A stretch of DNA of 64,000 nucleotides from Octopus sinensis (lineage: Eukaryota): positions 2,170,001-2,234,000 of the forward strand of contig NC_043010.1 in the NCBI RefSeq assembly GCF_006345805.1, read 5' to 3'. The notes beneath the pieces were generated by a model. The model was given only the letters and a program-made list of their open reading frames with translations. It was not told the origin of the DNA and did not search any database. The position numbers were made by a program, and so were the translations under genes. Positions 52,560 to 64,000 of the stretch are shown here, one piece after another (within the stretch, counting starts at the first letter, position 1; every line of letters begins with the position of its first letter).

Positions 52560-53895
52560 GAAACAACTGCATCATAACGTCTGTACACAACCACACACAC
52601 ACATATATATGCACATGTGAGTGTGTATACATATATATATATATATAATATATATATATATATTATATATATATATACACACATGTGTATATATATGCAT
52701 GTGTATATATATATGTGTGTATATATATATATGTACATGTATGTATGTATGTATGTATATTTATATATACATGTATATGTATCTATATATATACACACAT
52801 ATATAGTCATATATATATACATATATATGTATATATACATAATATATATATATATATACACATATATACATTTATATATATATATATACATATACAAGTA
52901 TATATAGTATGAGAGAGAGAGATACCTGTTTTTCATATATATATATATCAATTTACATTTATGTTTATGATATGGTATTCCATTGTTAACCATACACACG
53001 CACACACACACACATATATATATATGTACATATACACAAACTCACTCATATATGTGCTTGCATATATACATAGTCATTTTTTGTTTTCCAGGAAAATATT
53101 TTTTATTTCAAAAATTATATATAGCAGTCTTCAAAGTAGCTTTGAGAAACATTAAATGTAAATATAAAAATATAGGAAAAAAAATAATAAAAAAAAACAT
53201 GATTAAATTGTAAAAAGGTTTGCAGGATTTTCAGTAATATGTGATTATTTTGATTCTATTTTAAGGCTTCAAAATAGATTTAAGGAGAAAATTGTATTTT
53301 CTTCAAATTAAATTACTTAGAATGGTTAGAATAGAATTGAACTGATTCAACTTAAGAATGTTTCCAGTAATACTGTATGCACCAAGAAATCTACCACTCA
53401 CTCTACTGTAGCTCAGTTTAATATATTAAGTAAATTGGCTTGAAGCTGTACTTTGATTTGGCTTTTGTCGAAATCTAAAAGATGAGGCCGGAATACATTT
53501 TAAACTTTGTCCCTTTTATATCATGTATATTTGCTAAAAAATAAAACAACCCAAAATTTGATTAGAAAAAAAAAACATTACTGAAAGTATAGATATTTGA
53601 TATATATATATATATATATATATATGTAATCAGTGTAAATATTAACAAAAAGATACTTAAGCTAGTTTAGAAGGTTTGGGAGCTGTGTTCTGTGAGAGTG
53701 ATGTGCGTTGTTTACCCAGATGCTGATAGGTGTGCTATAAATAAGTAGTGATTTCTTTTGATTAGGTATGAATTTTTGTTTCCTTTTATTATACGCTTGT
53801 AGGAGTGTTGCACAGTTTTGTAGAATTAGCCTTTTCACACATATATATATAGATATGTGTATATATATATATATATGTATATATATATGTAAATA

Positions 53896-53964
<69 letters not shown>

Positions 53965-54341
53965 ATATAATATGCATATATATATATATATGTGTATATA
54001 TATATATGTGTGTATATATATATATGTGTATATATATATATATGTGTATATATATATATATGTATATGTATATAGTATATATATATATATGTATATATAT
54101 ATATGTGTGTATATATATGTGTGTATATATATATATATATTGTATATATATGTATATATATATGTGTGTGTATGTATATATATGCATATATATATATTAT
54201 ATATACATACACATATATTTATATGTGTGCGTGTGTATATATATATATATATACATACACAGTTACAGACACGTGTGCATATATATATATACACTTATAT
54301 TCATACATGTATTTATATATATTTATACATGTATGTCTGTA

Positions 54342-54391
<50 letters not shown>

Positions 54392-54430
54392 TATATTGTA
54401 TATACATGAATGTGTGTGTGTGTGTAATGA
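52560..54430. repeat. Degenerate (TA)n/(TG)n arrays (about 52560-52950 and 53835-54430)
   Basis: Directly visible; source of ORFs up to 213 aa made of I/Y/C/V. Confidence 0.95.
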
Positions 54431-55231
54431 TTTTACATTTGCTTTTCATGCCAGCACATGTTGGCAGATCATTGCCACTCTCCTAACTGAATCTTAAGAT
54501 CCATATTTTAACTCTAGGTTTAATTTTAGGGTCAGTTTCTACAGTTTGATGCCGTTTCTAATGCTAACCACTTTACATAGTGTACTAGGTGCATTTTATC
54601 ACAGCATTACCACACACACACACATATGTACAATATGGCAATGAGCACAAGTAAAAGACATGGGAGGACAAGCTTTAACAAAAGCCATATTAGTGTAATA
54701 TTTATACAGAAGAGAAAATGTGACGTTTTGGACAGTAGTTCTTTATCAGAAAAAAATAAATAAGAGAATAAGAAAAGGTGATGTGAAAGATAAAAAGAAT
54801 AAACAATGTTGGAAAAGAGGTTAAAAGCAAGAAGAGGAGGAGAGGAGGAGGTGAGGTGGTTATGGGAAAGTTGGTGTGGCATAAGGAGCAGTGGACCAAG
54901 AGACAACATGGGTAAGACAAGTTGTGTGTGTGTATGTCTATATATGTGTGTGTGTGTGTATATATATATATATGTATATATATGTTGCTTATATATTTAC
55001 GATTTTGTATATCTTTTATTGTTTACTTGTTTCAGTCATTAGATTGTCACCATGTGGGAACACCACTTTGAAGAGTTCGGTCAAACAAATCAACAGTACT
55101 TACTTAGTACTTACAAACAATCAGTACTTATTTATAATTTCGTTACCTATTCTATCAGTTTCTTTCACCGAACCACTAAGTTATGGAGATGTTAAAAAAA
55201 CAACATCAGTTGTGAATTGGTGGCATGGGAG

Positions 55232-55774
55232 AAACAGATACACAGGGTGCATTGTCGCCACAAAGAATCCAGTTCTTCACGCTCCACAAATTCAGTTGCT
55301 TTCTCCAAATGTTTTCCCTCAAACACTTCAAAATGCCACAGTAGAACTTTTGATTGATGGTCTGGTCCGGACTACATTTATGAGGGTAATGCTTGTGGCA
55401 CATCTTTTAGATCACTCATCATCTTCCAGAGACGTTCTGCTTTTGAGGTACCTGTGCCGTTCAAAACAATGTGTACAACCCTTTGCCTCATCACTGTAAG
55501 CTTGCCAATGCATGCTCAATATTTCTATAGCAGACTTCTGAAGGTTAACACATAATTTCACATTGGCTCTTTGTTTCTGTCCATGACAAAATCGCAGACT
55601 ACAGAATACATTTTTTTTGTGATCACGAAAACACAAATTTCACAACCTGCAAAGTTATCACAGTGATGTCTCTTGGCACACTGCCTCGTGAAAGTCACTG
55701 CCAGCTCTCATTGCACATGCAATCAATGCTGCTATCTGCTCAGGCAATACAGGCCGAGTCCAGAAACTTTCTGA
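55232..55774 (-). mobile_element. Internally deleted mariner fragment nested in a family A SINE
   Basis: Minus frames QKQRANVKLCVNLQKSAIEILSM...RTSLEDDE (N-terminus) and PDQTINQKFYCGILKCLRENIWRK...WILCGDNAP (catalytic region); TIR-like tatgatgtggtatcagaaagtttctggac at the right end. Confidence 0.88.
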
Positions 55775-56358
55775 TACCACATCATACACATACACACATA
55801 TGCAATGGTCTTTTTTCAGTTTCTATCTACCAAATCTACTCACAACACTTTGGTTAGCCTGGGACCATGGTAGACACTCACCTATGGTGACAGGCAGGGG
55901 GACTGAACTCAAGACCTTATGTTTGAGAAGCAAGCTTCTTAATCACTCATCCACACCTGCACCAATTATATCAATTATTCATATTTCACAATTTTATATA
56001 ATCAATCATATTTCACAGTTTAGTATATTTATTATTGTATACAATTTTGCATATACTCATATCTGGAAACTTTGTAGAGCAATCATATTTCACAATATCA
56101 ATCATCCCAGTTTATAAGTATTCTTTTATTCTTTTACTTGTTTCAGTCATTTTGACTGTGGCCATGCTAGAGCACTGCCTTAAAGGATTTTTAGTCAAAG
56201 CAATCGACCCCAGGTCGTATTCTTTATAAGCCTAGTATTTATTCTATCAGTCTCTTTTGCTGAACCAGTAAGGTATGGGCACATAAACACACCAACATAC
56301 ACACACACATAAACACACCAACATACACACACACATAAATATACATACATACATATAT

Positions 56359-57003
56359 AGGTAGACCCAGAAAGACAAGGATGAGGTGGTGAAGCATGAC
56401 CTTTGAACGTTAGGCCTCGCAGGGGCAATGACAGGAGACTGAGACCTTTGGAGATATGCTGTGATTGAGAAGATCCAGAAACTAAAGTGGGATTACAGAC
56501 ATGGCCAATGCCAGTGTTGCATGTCTAGCCCATTTAAAAGTACCCTTGATGCGGTGGGCAATATGATATGCTTGAGAAAACCTGTTGAGTCAAGTAAAAC
56601 CAAAGCCCAAACCATAGCTGTGGCCAGTGCCCTCTGACAGGCTCCCATTCTGGTGGCACATAAAAGCACCATCTGAATGTGGTTGATGCCAGGTCTGTCT
56701 GATTGGCTCCCGTGCCGGTGGCATGTAAAAAGCATCATCCAAATGTGGCCGATGACGTGTAAAAAGCACTATTCGAATGTGATCGATGCCAGGCCCACTT
56801 GACTGGTTCCTGTGCCAGTCGGACATAAAAAGCACCCATTACACTCTTGGAGTGGCTTGCATCAGGAAAGGCATCAAACTATAGAAACATTGCCAGATAA
56901 GATTGGAGCCTGATGCAGCCACTGGCTTTCCAGACCTCAGTCAAACCATCCACCTCATGCCAGCATGGAAAACGGAAGTTAAACAATGATGATGATGATG
57001 ATG
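56359..57003 (+). mobile_element. RTE-clade LINE 3' end linking the ORF2 C-terminus to the family C UTR
   Basis: GRPRKTRDEVVKHDL*TLGLAGAMTGD*DLWRYAV, then UTR with several gtgccggtggca-type units and (GAT)n tail; lies between two halves of a family A SINE. Confidence 0.88.
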
Positions 57004-57467
57004 TGATGATAAATATGACAGGTTTCTTTTGGTTTCCATCAACCAAATTCACTCGCAACTCTTTGATCGGCCTGAGGTTATGGTAGAAAACACTTGCCCA
57101 AGGTGTCACACAAGTGGGACTGAACCTGGAACCATGTGGTTGAGAAGCAAGCTGCTTACCACACAGCCACACCTATCTTTTTTTTTTAACAATTTTACGT
57201 ATCAGTCACTGTTTTATAATTTTGTATGTCTATTGTGTTTTATTAGTTTTTTTCATATTTTATTATAGTCATGTCTATTCATCACTATATATATATATGT
57301 GACAGAAAAAGCAACCTCTCCTTTATCACCCTGCTGAGCTAAGCCAAAACTTATACCAACCCTATTGGCCAACACTTTGTCAAAGTAATGAACAAAAGCC
57401 TCTTCCGGCTTTAGTTCAACCATCACATGAAATAGAAAGGGTAAGAGAGAGAGAGAGAGAGAGAGAA

Positions 57468-57501
<34 letters not shown>

Positions 57502-57774
57502 ATGTATTACTCATTGGTAAACAATTTCGGTTTTTACTCTCCGAATATATGGTTATGTGACCGACTCAAAATAGTAACCAAATCTCTAACGTATCACAGT
57601 TTACCTTTTTAAATGTTATACTGAACCATATAACTGCTGCTCAAAAATGACATTGGGGTCATTGGAATGCATTTCATCATGGGTTTTCTTCAAACTGATC
57701 TGAGGCTGCAGAACAACAGCAAGAGCCAACAACTGAGTATTTATATATGAAGATGAATATTTGTGTTTGCGAGT

Positions 57775-58900
57775 GATGCTTAGTGTTTGGTGGTACTAGT
57801 TTAGTTGTTTGTATTGTTTGATGGTATTCGATTGTTTTGAGAGTGTTTAGATCAGTGCTTTTCAAACTTTTTGCTGGAGCGGAACCACAAGGAAACATTC
57901 CACTGGCTCGGGGAACCCCTGTGCAATAATTTAATAGTCTTATGCACACATATCTGCACAGGAGAATTAAAAATTACTGCCGATTTTTGCAGTTTTGTAA
58001 CTTCTTGCGGAACCCCTGGACTGTACTGGCGGAACCCTGGTTGAAAACCACTGGTTTAGATGTTTGGTTGTTTGAGAGTGTTTATTTGCATGTTTGATAG
58101 TGATTGATTATTTGCCAGTGTTTATCTGGACGTTTGGTGGTTTTTGTTTGATTGTGGTATTATGTTGGCAATTACTTATGCTTGGATTAGTCGTTGGTTG
58201 TTTTTGATGGAGATGTTTAATGGCAATTGGTTGTGCTTCATGATTTTTGTTTGTACTGGATGATTGTTTGACACAAGCAATCATCATCAAACAAATAATC
58301 ACAGTCAAACATCTACACATTATCAAACACCCTATCATGCTCAAAGGATAAAAAAAAATCACCCTCAAACACCCAGACAAGTACACAAATTACCATCAGA
58401 TAGCCAATCACCATCAAGTGACATAACAATCATGAACCAAACAAATACGAATGCATAAACAATCACTATCAAATACGAAATATTTATCAAACACAATCAT
58501 AATCAAATACTCGTACAATCACCATCGAGCATCCAATCAATAAACAACAAAAACACATCAAACTAACCATCACCATCAAACAGAAACAATGGCCATAAAA
58601 CACAATCATTATCAAACAAACAATCACCATCAAACATCCAAACATTATCAAACAGTTAAACACTGTCAAACGATCAGACTGGAGCCTGGTGCAACCATCT
58701 GGTTCGCCAGTCCTCAGTCAAATTGTCCAACCCATGCTAGCATGGAAAGCGGACATTATACGATGATGATGATGACGATGATGATGATGATGAAACAATA
58801 AAAAAATTTATCATCAAACATCCAAGCAAATTAACATTAGATAGCAAAATGCCATCAAACAATTAACCGTTAGTTAATGAAATGATCATCATCAAGAAAT
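57775..58900. repeat. Degenerate minisatellite (unit about ACAATCACCATCAAAC) in two opposite orientations
   Basis: gtttgat-type units to about 58270, atcaaac-type units from about 58272; interrupted by the hAT MITE and a family C copy (58672-58795). Confidence 0.75.
57853..58053. mobile_element. hAT (Buster/Charlie-type) MITE, 201 bp
   Basis: TIRs cagtgcttttcaa / ttgaaaaccactg; perfect 8-bp TSD GTTTAGAT at 57845-57852 and 58054-58061. Confidence 0.95.
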
Positions 58901-61017
58901 TAACCAAATGCATATAAAGAGTCCAATGGCTGAAGCAAGTGAGAATAAAGACAGAAGATTTGAAAAGAAAATTTGGATGAAAAAGGGGAAAAAAAACCAG
59001 AAAAAAAAAACAGGATGACAGAGGCAGTTTGAGTGACAGAAAAAATGCCTTGTTATGCTGGGTCCATGTTTTTATATTTCAAATTCATATCTCACCAAAG
59101 TCATTTTTTGCCTTACATCCTTGCAGGTTTGATAACATTAAGTACCAGTCATGTACTAGGGTCAATGGAATTGACTAAATCCCTTCTCAAAATTGTTTGC
59201 CTCTCAACATGTTTACCTGTTCTTGTCTTGCAAGCAGCTTGGCAACCTCAGTAGTGCCAATGGCACATGAAAAGCACCAATTATGCACTGTAAAGTGGTT
59301 GGCATTAGGAAGGGCATCCAGCCATAGAAACCATGCAAAAGCTGATATTGTGACTTGATACAGCACCTACGACTCACTGGGCCTTGTCAAATCATTTAAT
59401 TCATGCCAGCATGTAAAAGCAGATGTTAAATGATAATAACAATGAGTAAAATCAGTACCAGTAATATACTGGTTGTCACTACACTCAAACATAACAAATT
59501 AGCAATAAATTTGCAGGCCTCTTTCCCATTGCTAATGTAATAAATTAATGGCAAAGCTTATATAACTACTATGCTGGTTTTGTATGTGCTATGCTTATTA
59601 TACATGTGTACATGTGTACATACATGCATGTACTCGTGAAAGTTGGATCAATCTCAATATAAGTGAAATGCAAGGCATCAAAAGAAGCTCTGTATATCTT
59701 TCTTTCTTTATTTATTTATTTTGCCAGTGAGTTGTATGGTAACAGAGTAGAGTAATGCTTCATGTCTTTTGAAAACATTATCCTACATGACTAATTAAAT
59801 GATATTTTCTCCCAAGGCAAAGTTGATAATATTTTTGTCCAAGATCTCGAGTCCTCTAGATAATCAAGGATACATCGATATATTGGCTGGATTCTATAGA
59901 ATCAACATCCACACAGCATAGATAACAAAAAAGAAAACAACAACAACAATAAAAATAATAACAATAACTGCAACAAAAGGTCCAACTACAAAAGAAAATT
60001 AAATAAAAAAAATTGAAAAGAAAAAGCAACAATTTGAAAGAGCGGTTAAGAAATGAATTAGATGAATGCGGGCATGCACACACATCTATACGTATATATA
60101 TATACGTATATATATATGTATTTATGTATACACGTATGTATAAAGCTAAAATACTGAGTCAATGTGTGCATGAATGTAGATAGGTTGGGAATAAATTGAC
60201 ATACATTCTTCTAATTCAATACAAAGTGCACCCAAGAAGAGTTTGACAACCGTATTTATTCACATATAAAATGCACTCATGTATAATGCATATATCTAAT
60301 TACGGGTAATGAAATCCTAGAAAGAAATATATCTTGTATCCACTACACTTTGACTTTCCTTGAGTATTATGATGCATGGAAAAAATCAAGCTTAGAATGC
60401 TTATTATAATTGCTCTCAATTTACCAAAACACCTGCTGCCTCACTAGTACAGTTATTTAATACACACTGCTAGAAAATATACCAATATGCAAATGAATAA
60501 AATTGTTACCCGTAATGTATAGCAATTTTGTTAAGTAGCTCTGTTTCTTCTCTCTGTTGGGAATGAAAGATATGACCTTTGTGCTACTGATAAAATAGCC
60601 ACACCCTAAAAAACTTTATGATTCTGACCTCTATATAAACACACAATCTGAGATTTTGGAAAATGTAAACATTTCAATGAGCACTTAATCCATAATTGAA
60701 TCCTATCACCATGACAGTACAGTTATTTAATACACATTTAATTACTATTTAATTATCAAATAATCTCACTAAGATGCCTTACCAACCTTTACTACACTTT
60801 ATTGCTGACAGTTTCTTCTCCCTTTCTACATCTATTAGGTAACATGTAAAAACAGCAGACATACACAAACACATACAGTTAATTTCCATAATCTTATTCA
60901 CTTTATCACTTTATGTATTTTCCATGTAATTGTATGCATATCATTAGAATTCTTTATGTACACAATCATTACATAAGGAAATCTTATGATTTCCTTATAC
61001 ATATGTGTTTACATATG

Positions 61018-61050
<33 letters not shown>

Positions 61051-61800
61051 ATCAACAAATAATATATGGAGAGATAAGATGCATAGAATTTTAATATTTC
61101 CATAGAGTTTACAGTTGTTTCATAATCTGCTCAGAATTACATCACTAACTTTGATGCAGATACATGTATGCATGTATTCATACACAGTATATCGATTTGA
61201 AATGACTAATGAAATATTATGTTCTGTTTTTATTTAGAATTGTATATCTCCTGTTTTTATTTAGAATTGTATATCTCCTGTTTTTCACACAAACTGTATC
61301 TATGCCAGTGTATCTCATCCTTTTTTTTTGTCCCATGCTCCACTTCAATGTTTTACAAAAAAGGAAAAAAAGAATGTACACACCTACCACAAATTGAGGC
61401 AATTAGTATTTAACATATATATATATATTCTTGTTGCTTTTTTCTTGTATATATATATATATAAATATATATTCAAAAGAAGTTTTAATTAAAATTGTAT
61501 GTTGAATTTTGTTCACTTGAAGCTTATATCTCATTCCTGAATTAATCCACATCTTGCCTAAATATTGTTGTTTCAGGTGTGGGGCAAATACCCCACCTTT
61601 ATAAACACCAATCTAGATGTGTGTGTGTGTTGGCTCAGGTATGAGTGTGTAGTTAATAAGTTTGATTCCACGTGATTTCAGGTTCAGCCCTACCATGTGG
61701 CACCTTGTGCAAGTGCCTTCTGCTTTATCCCCAGACCAATAAAAGCCTTGTGAATGGATTTGTTAGATGGAAACTGAAAGAAGACCATCATATATTCACA

Positions 61801-61840
<40 letters not shown>

Positions 61841-62444
61841 AGTGTATTTGTGTTAATGTCCTCTTGCTTTGACATTGTGTAATTGCAGTAAATAAACACC
61901 ATTCATATCCAGCATTCTGAGCAAACCTATCTGGGCATGCAGAAATATTACCTCCCTTAGAAACAGGTGAGGGTTGGTGACAGGAAAGGCATCTGGCCAT
62001 AGAAAATCTGCCCCACTAAACTTCATTCCACCCATGCAAGCAAAGAAAAGTAGATGTTAATACAATGATGATAATACATTGCAATGTAAGCCTCTAGATA
62101 CAGTCTTTGTCTCTCTATCATCTTTCCACCGTATGTAAGTGTGGGTTGATTAAAGAATGTATAATTCTCCATTCTTTTGTATCTTGGTCTACAAGAGCCT
62201 ACAAGTGCTACATGAAAGGTACTCATGATGGTACAACATAAAAGTGCTCATGCCAGTAGCATGTTAAAAGTGGTTGGCATCCATCCATAAAAACCAAGCC
62301 AAATTAGACTATAAGCTGGAGAAGCTTCCCAGCTCACCAGCATGGATCAAGTCATCCAACCCATGCCAGTATGGAAAATGGATGTTAGAGGATGATGATG
62401 ATGATGCACACACATATACATGTATATGTGCATATGTATGCATG

Positions 62445-62482
<38 letters not shown>

Positions 62483-62487
62483 AAACA

Positions 62488-63382
62488 GCCTTGGTTTCTG
62501 CCAGGGTCTCCTTCCATTCACAAGTTCTCCATAGAGCATCTGCTTAGGGATCCTGCTATTCTTCATTCTAATAAGGTGCCCAGTCCAACGTAACCGGTGC
62601 CTATGCACCATTGCCTCAACACTCAAGATATCAGCTATCCTCAGGACTTGTGTGTCTGGAGTTTTAAGGTCCATCCAACATTCAGAATGTGTCTGAGACA
62701 TCTCTGATGAAAGCTTTCAAGATGTTTGTAAAAGGTCCATGTCTCACAATAGTAAAGGAGTGATGTTAGTACACATGCACAGTACACAGCAATTTTTGCT
62801 ATGGAAAATACTTGGCAAACTTGGATGTCCGGATCACTTTGTATCCATAATTAAATCCTTTCATGATGGGATGGAGGCTTGGGTCAATGTTGGTGGTGGC
62901 ATGGTGGGACGTGTTCCTGTAGAGAATGGTGTCAAGCAGGGTGACATCTTGCCCCAACTCTCTTTTCTTTGTACTTTGCTGCTGCTTTTACTCATGCCTT
63001 TACTATGGTTGGCTCTCTGGGAATATATGTCAGATATCAATCTTCTGTGTCAAGTCCTCATTAAAGGCCTGTGATATGCAGGAGACTGACAGGAAGAGCA
63101 ATGCCTGCCATCACCACAAATGGAGGAAGCCGGTTAAGGAGGGGGTCGATGCCTATGTAAAAGCACTTATTCTTCATGAAGAATTTAAGCGTGCTGCTTG
63201 AAAGTGCACTACTAGAGTGGTGAATGGGGGAAGCTTGGTCTGCAATGTTTGCAGTCATGTATGCTTGTCAAGAGCAGGGCTCATTAGCCACCAATGGAGC
63301 TGCAAATGCAAAATATAAGTTAGTCCTAGAGCGCACAGGGTCAGCAATGGTCTTCCTTGATCATGAGTGGACAGCCATCATC
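62488..63382 (+). mobile_element. 5'-inverted, rearranged RTE-clade LINE insertion with TSD
   Basis: TSD ATATATAAAACA at 62476-62487 and 63383-63394; minus block TKIAVY...LLYCETW...LRWTGH...KPRL (62798-62488); plus block LWKIL...NGVKQGD / LAPTLF (62799-63044); plus block CVKSSLKAC...CNVCSHVCLSRAGLISH* with (CAT)n tail. Confidence 0.92.
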
Positions 63383-64000
63383 ATATATAAAACAAACTAG
63401 CAAGATTGAGTGGTTAATAATTCTTCTTCAGAACAATGTGCTTTCATGTTCAATTCCATGGTTCGCCACTTTGTGGAAGTGTGTTCCACTACAGCTGAAG
63501 GCTGACCAATATTTACCAAGCAAATTCAGTGAAATGGAAATTGTATGGAAGCCTTTCATGTGTGTGTGCGTGCGTGCATGAGTGTATGTGTGTATACTTC
63601 AGCATACACTGTTGATATTGTTTACATCCCACATAAAAATATATCCTGAAGCTCAGTAGTTCTAAATTCTCAGACAAATGGAATGAGGACCGCACTTAGA
63701 AATATAGATGTAGAGAGAGAGAGACAAATATATATATAAGTAGAAATATAACGTAAGTTGCCACACAATAAAATTGAACCTGAAAACATTTGGTTTGAAA
63801 GCAAAATTCTTAATCACACATACATGCACACATACACACGCATACATACTCACACATTATGTGTATTCATGTATGTGCGAGTGTACGTGTGCGACACCAT
63901 GGGCAAATAACTTGTCATAGCCTTGGGATGACCAAAGCCTTGTGAGTGGATTTGGTAGATGGAAACTGAAAGGACTCCAACATGTGTATATAAATATATA

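Overview
AT-rich, microsatellite-dense eukaryotic DNA. The SINE families and (AT)n/(GAT)n/(AAT)n load look like an octopod cephalopod (Octopus-like) intron or intergenic region; this species call is inference from memory of those repeats. I could not identify a host protein-coding gene with confidence, only weak candidate exons. The window is a layered set of mobile elements: at least four tRNA-derived SINE families (one with a CORE domain), many 3' ends of an RTE-clade LINE, three differently deleted mariner elements, a Tc2/pogo-like MITE, two hAT (Buster/Charlie) MITEs with 8-bp TSDs, a decayed hAT transposase, a non-autonomous Helitron, a Helentron/HINE-like element and Penelope-like fold-back remnants. 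Best leads: (1) a tRNA-headed SINE carrying a minimal hammerhead ribozyme motif (27255-27557, minus); (2) a TSD-flanked, three-piece 5'-inverted RTE insertion (62476-63394); (3) a near-perfect 264-bp palindrome in (AT)n (43809-44072); (4) a CpG-rich island with CCAAT and E-box motifs (24361-24860). Nearly all long ORFs in the supplied track are translations of microsatellites. SINE boundaries are approximate; TIR/TSD coordinates were read base by base.
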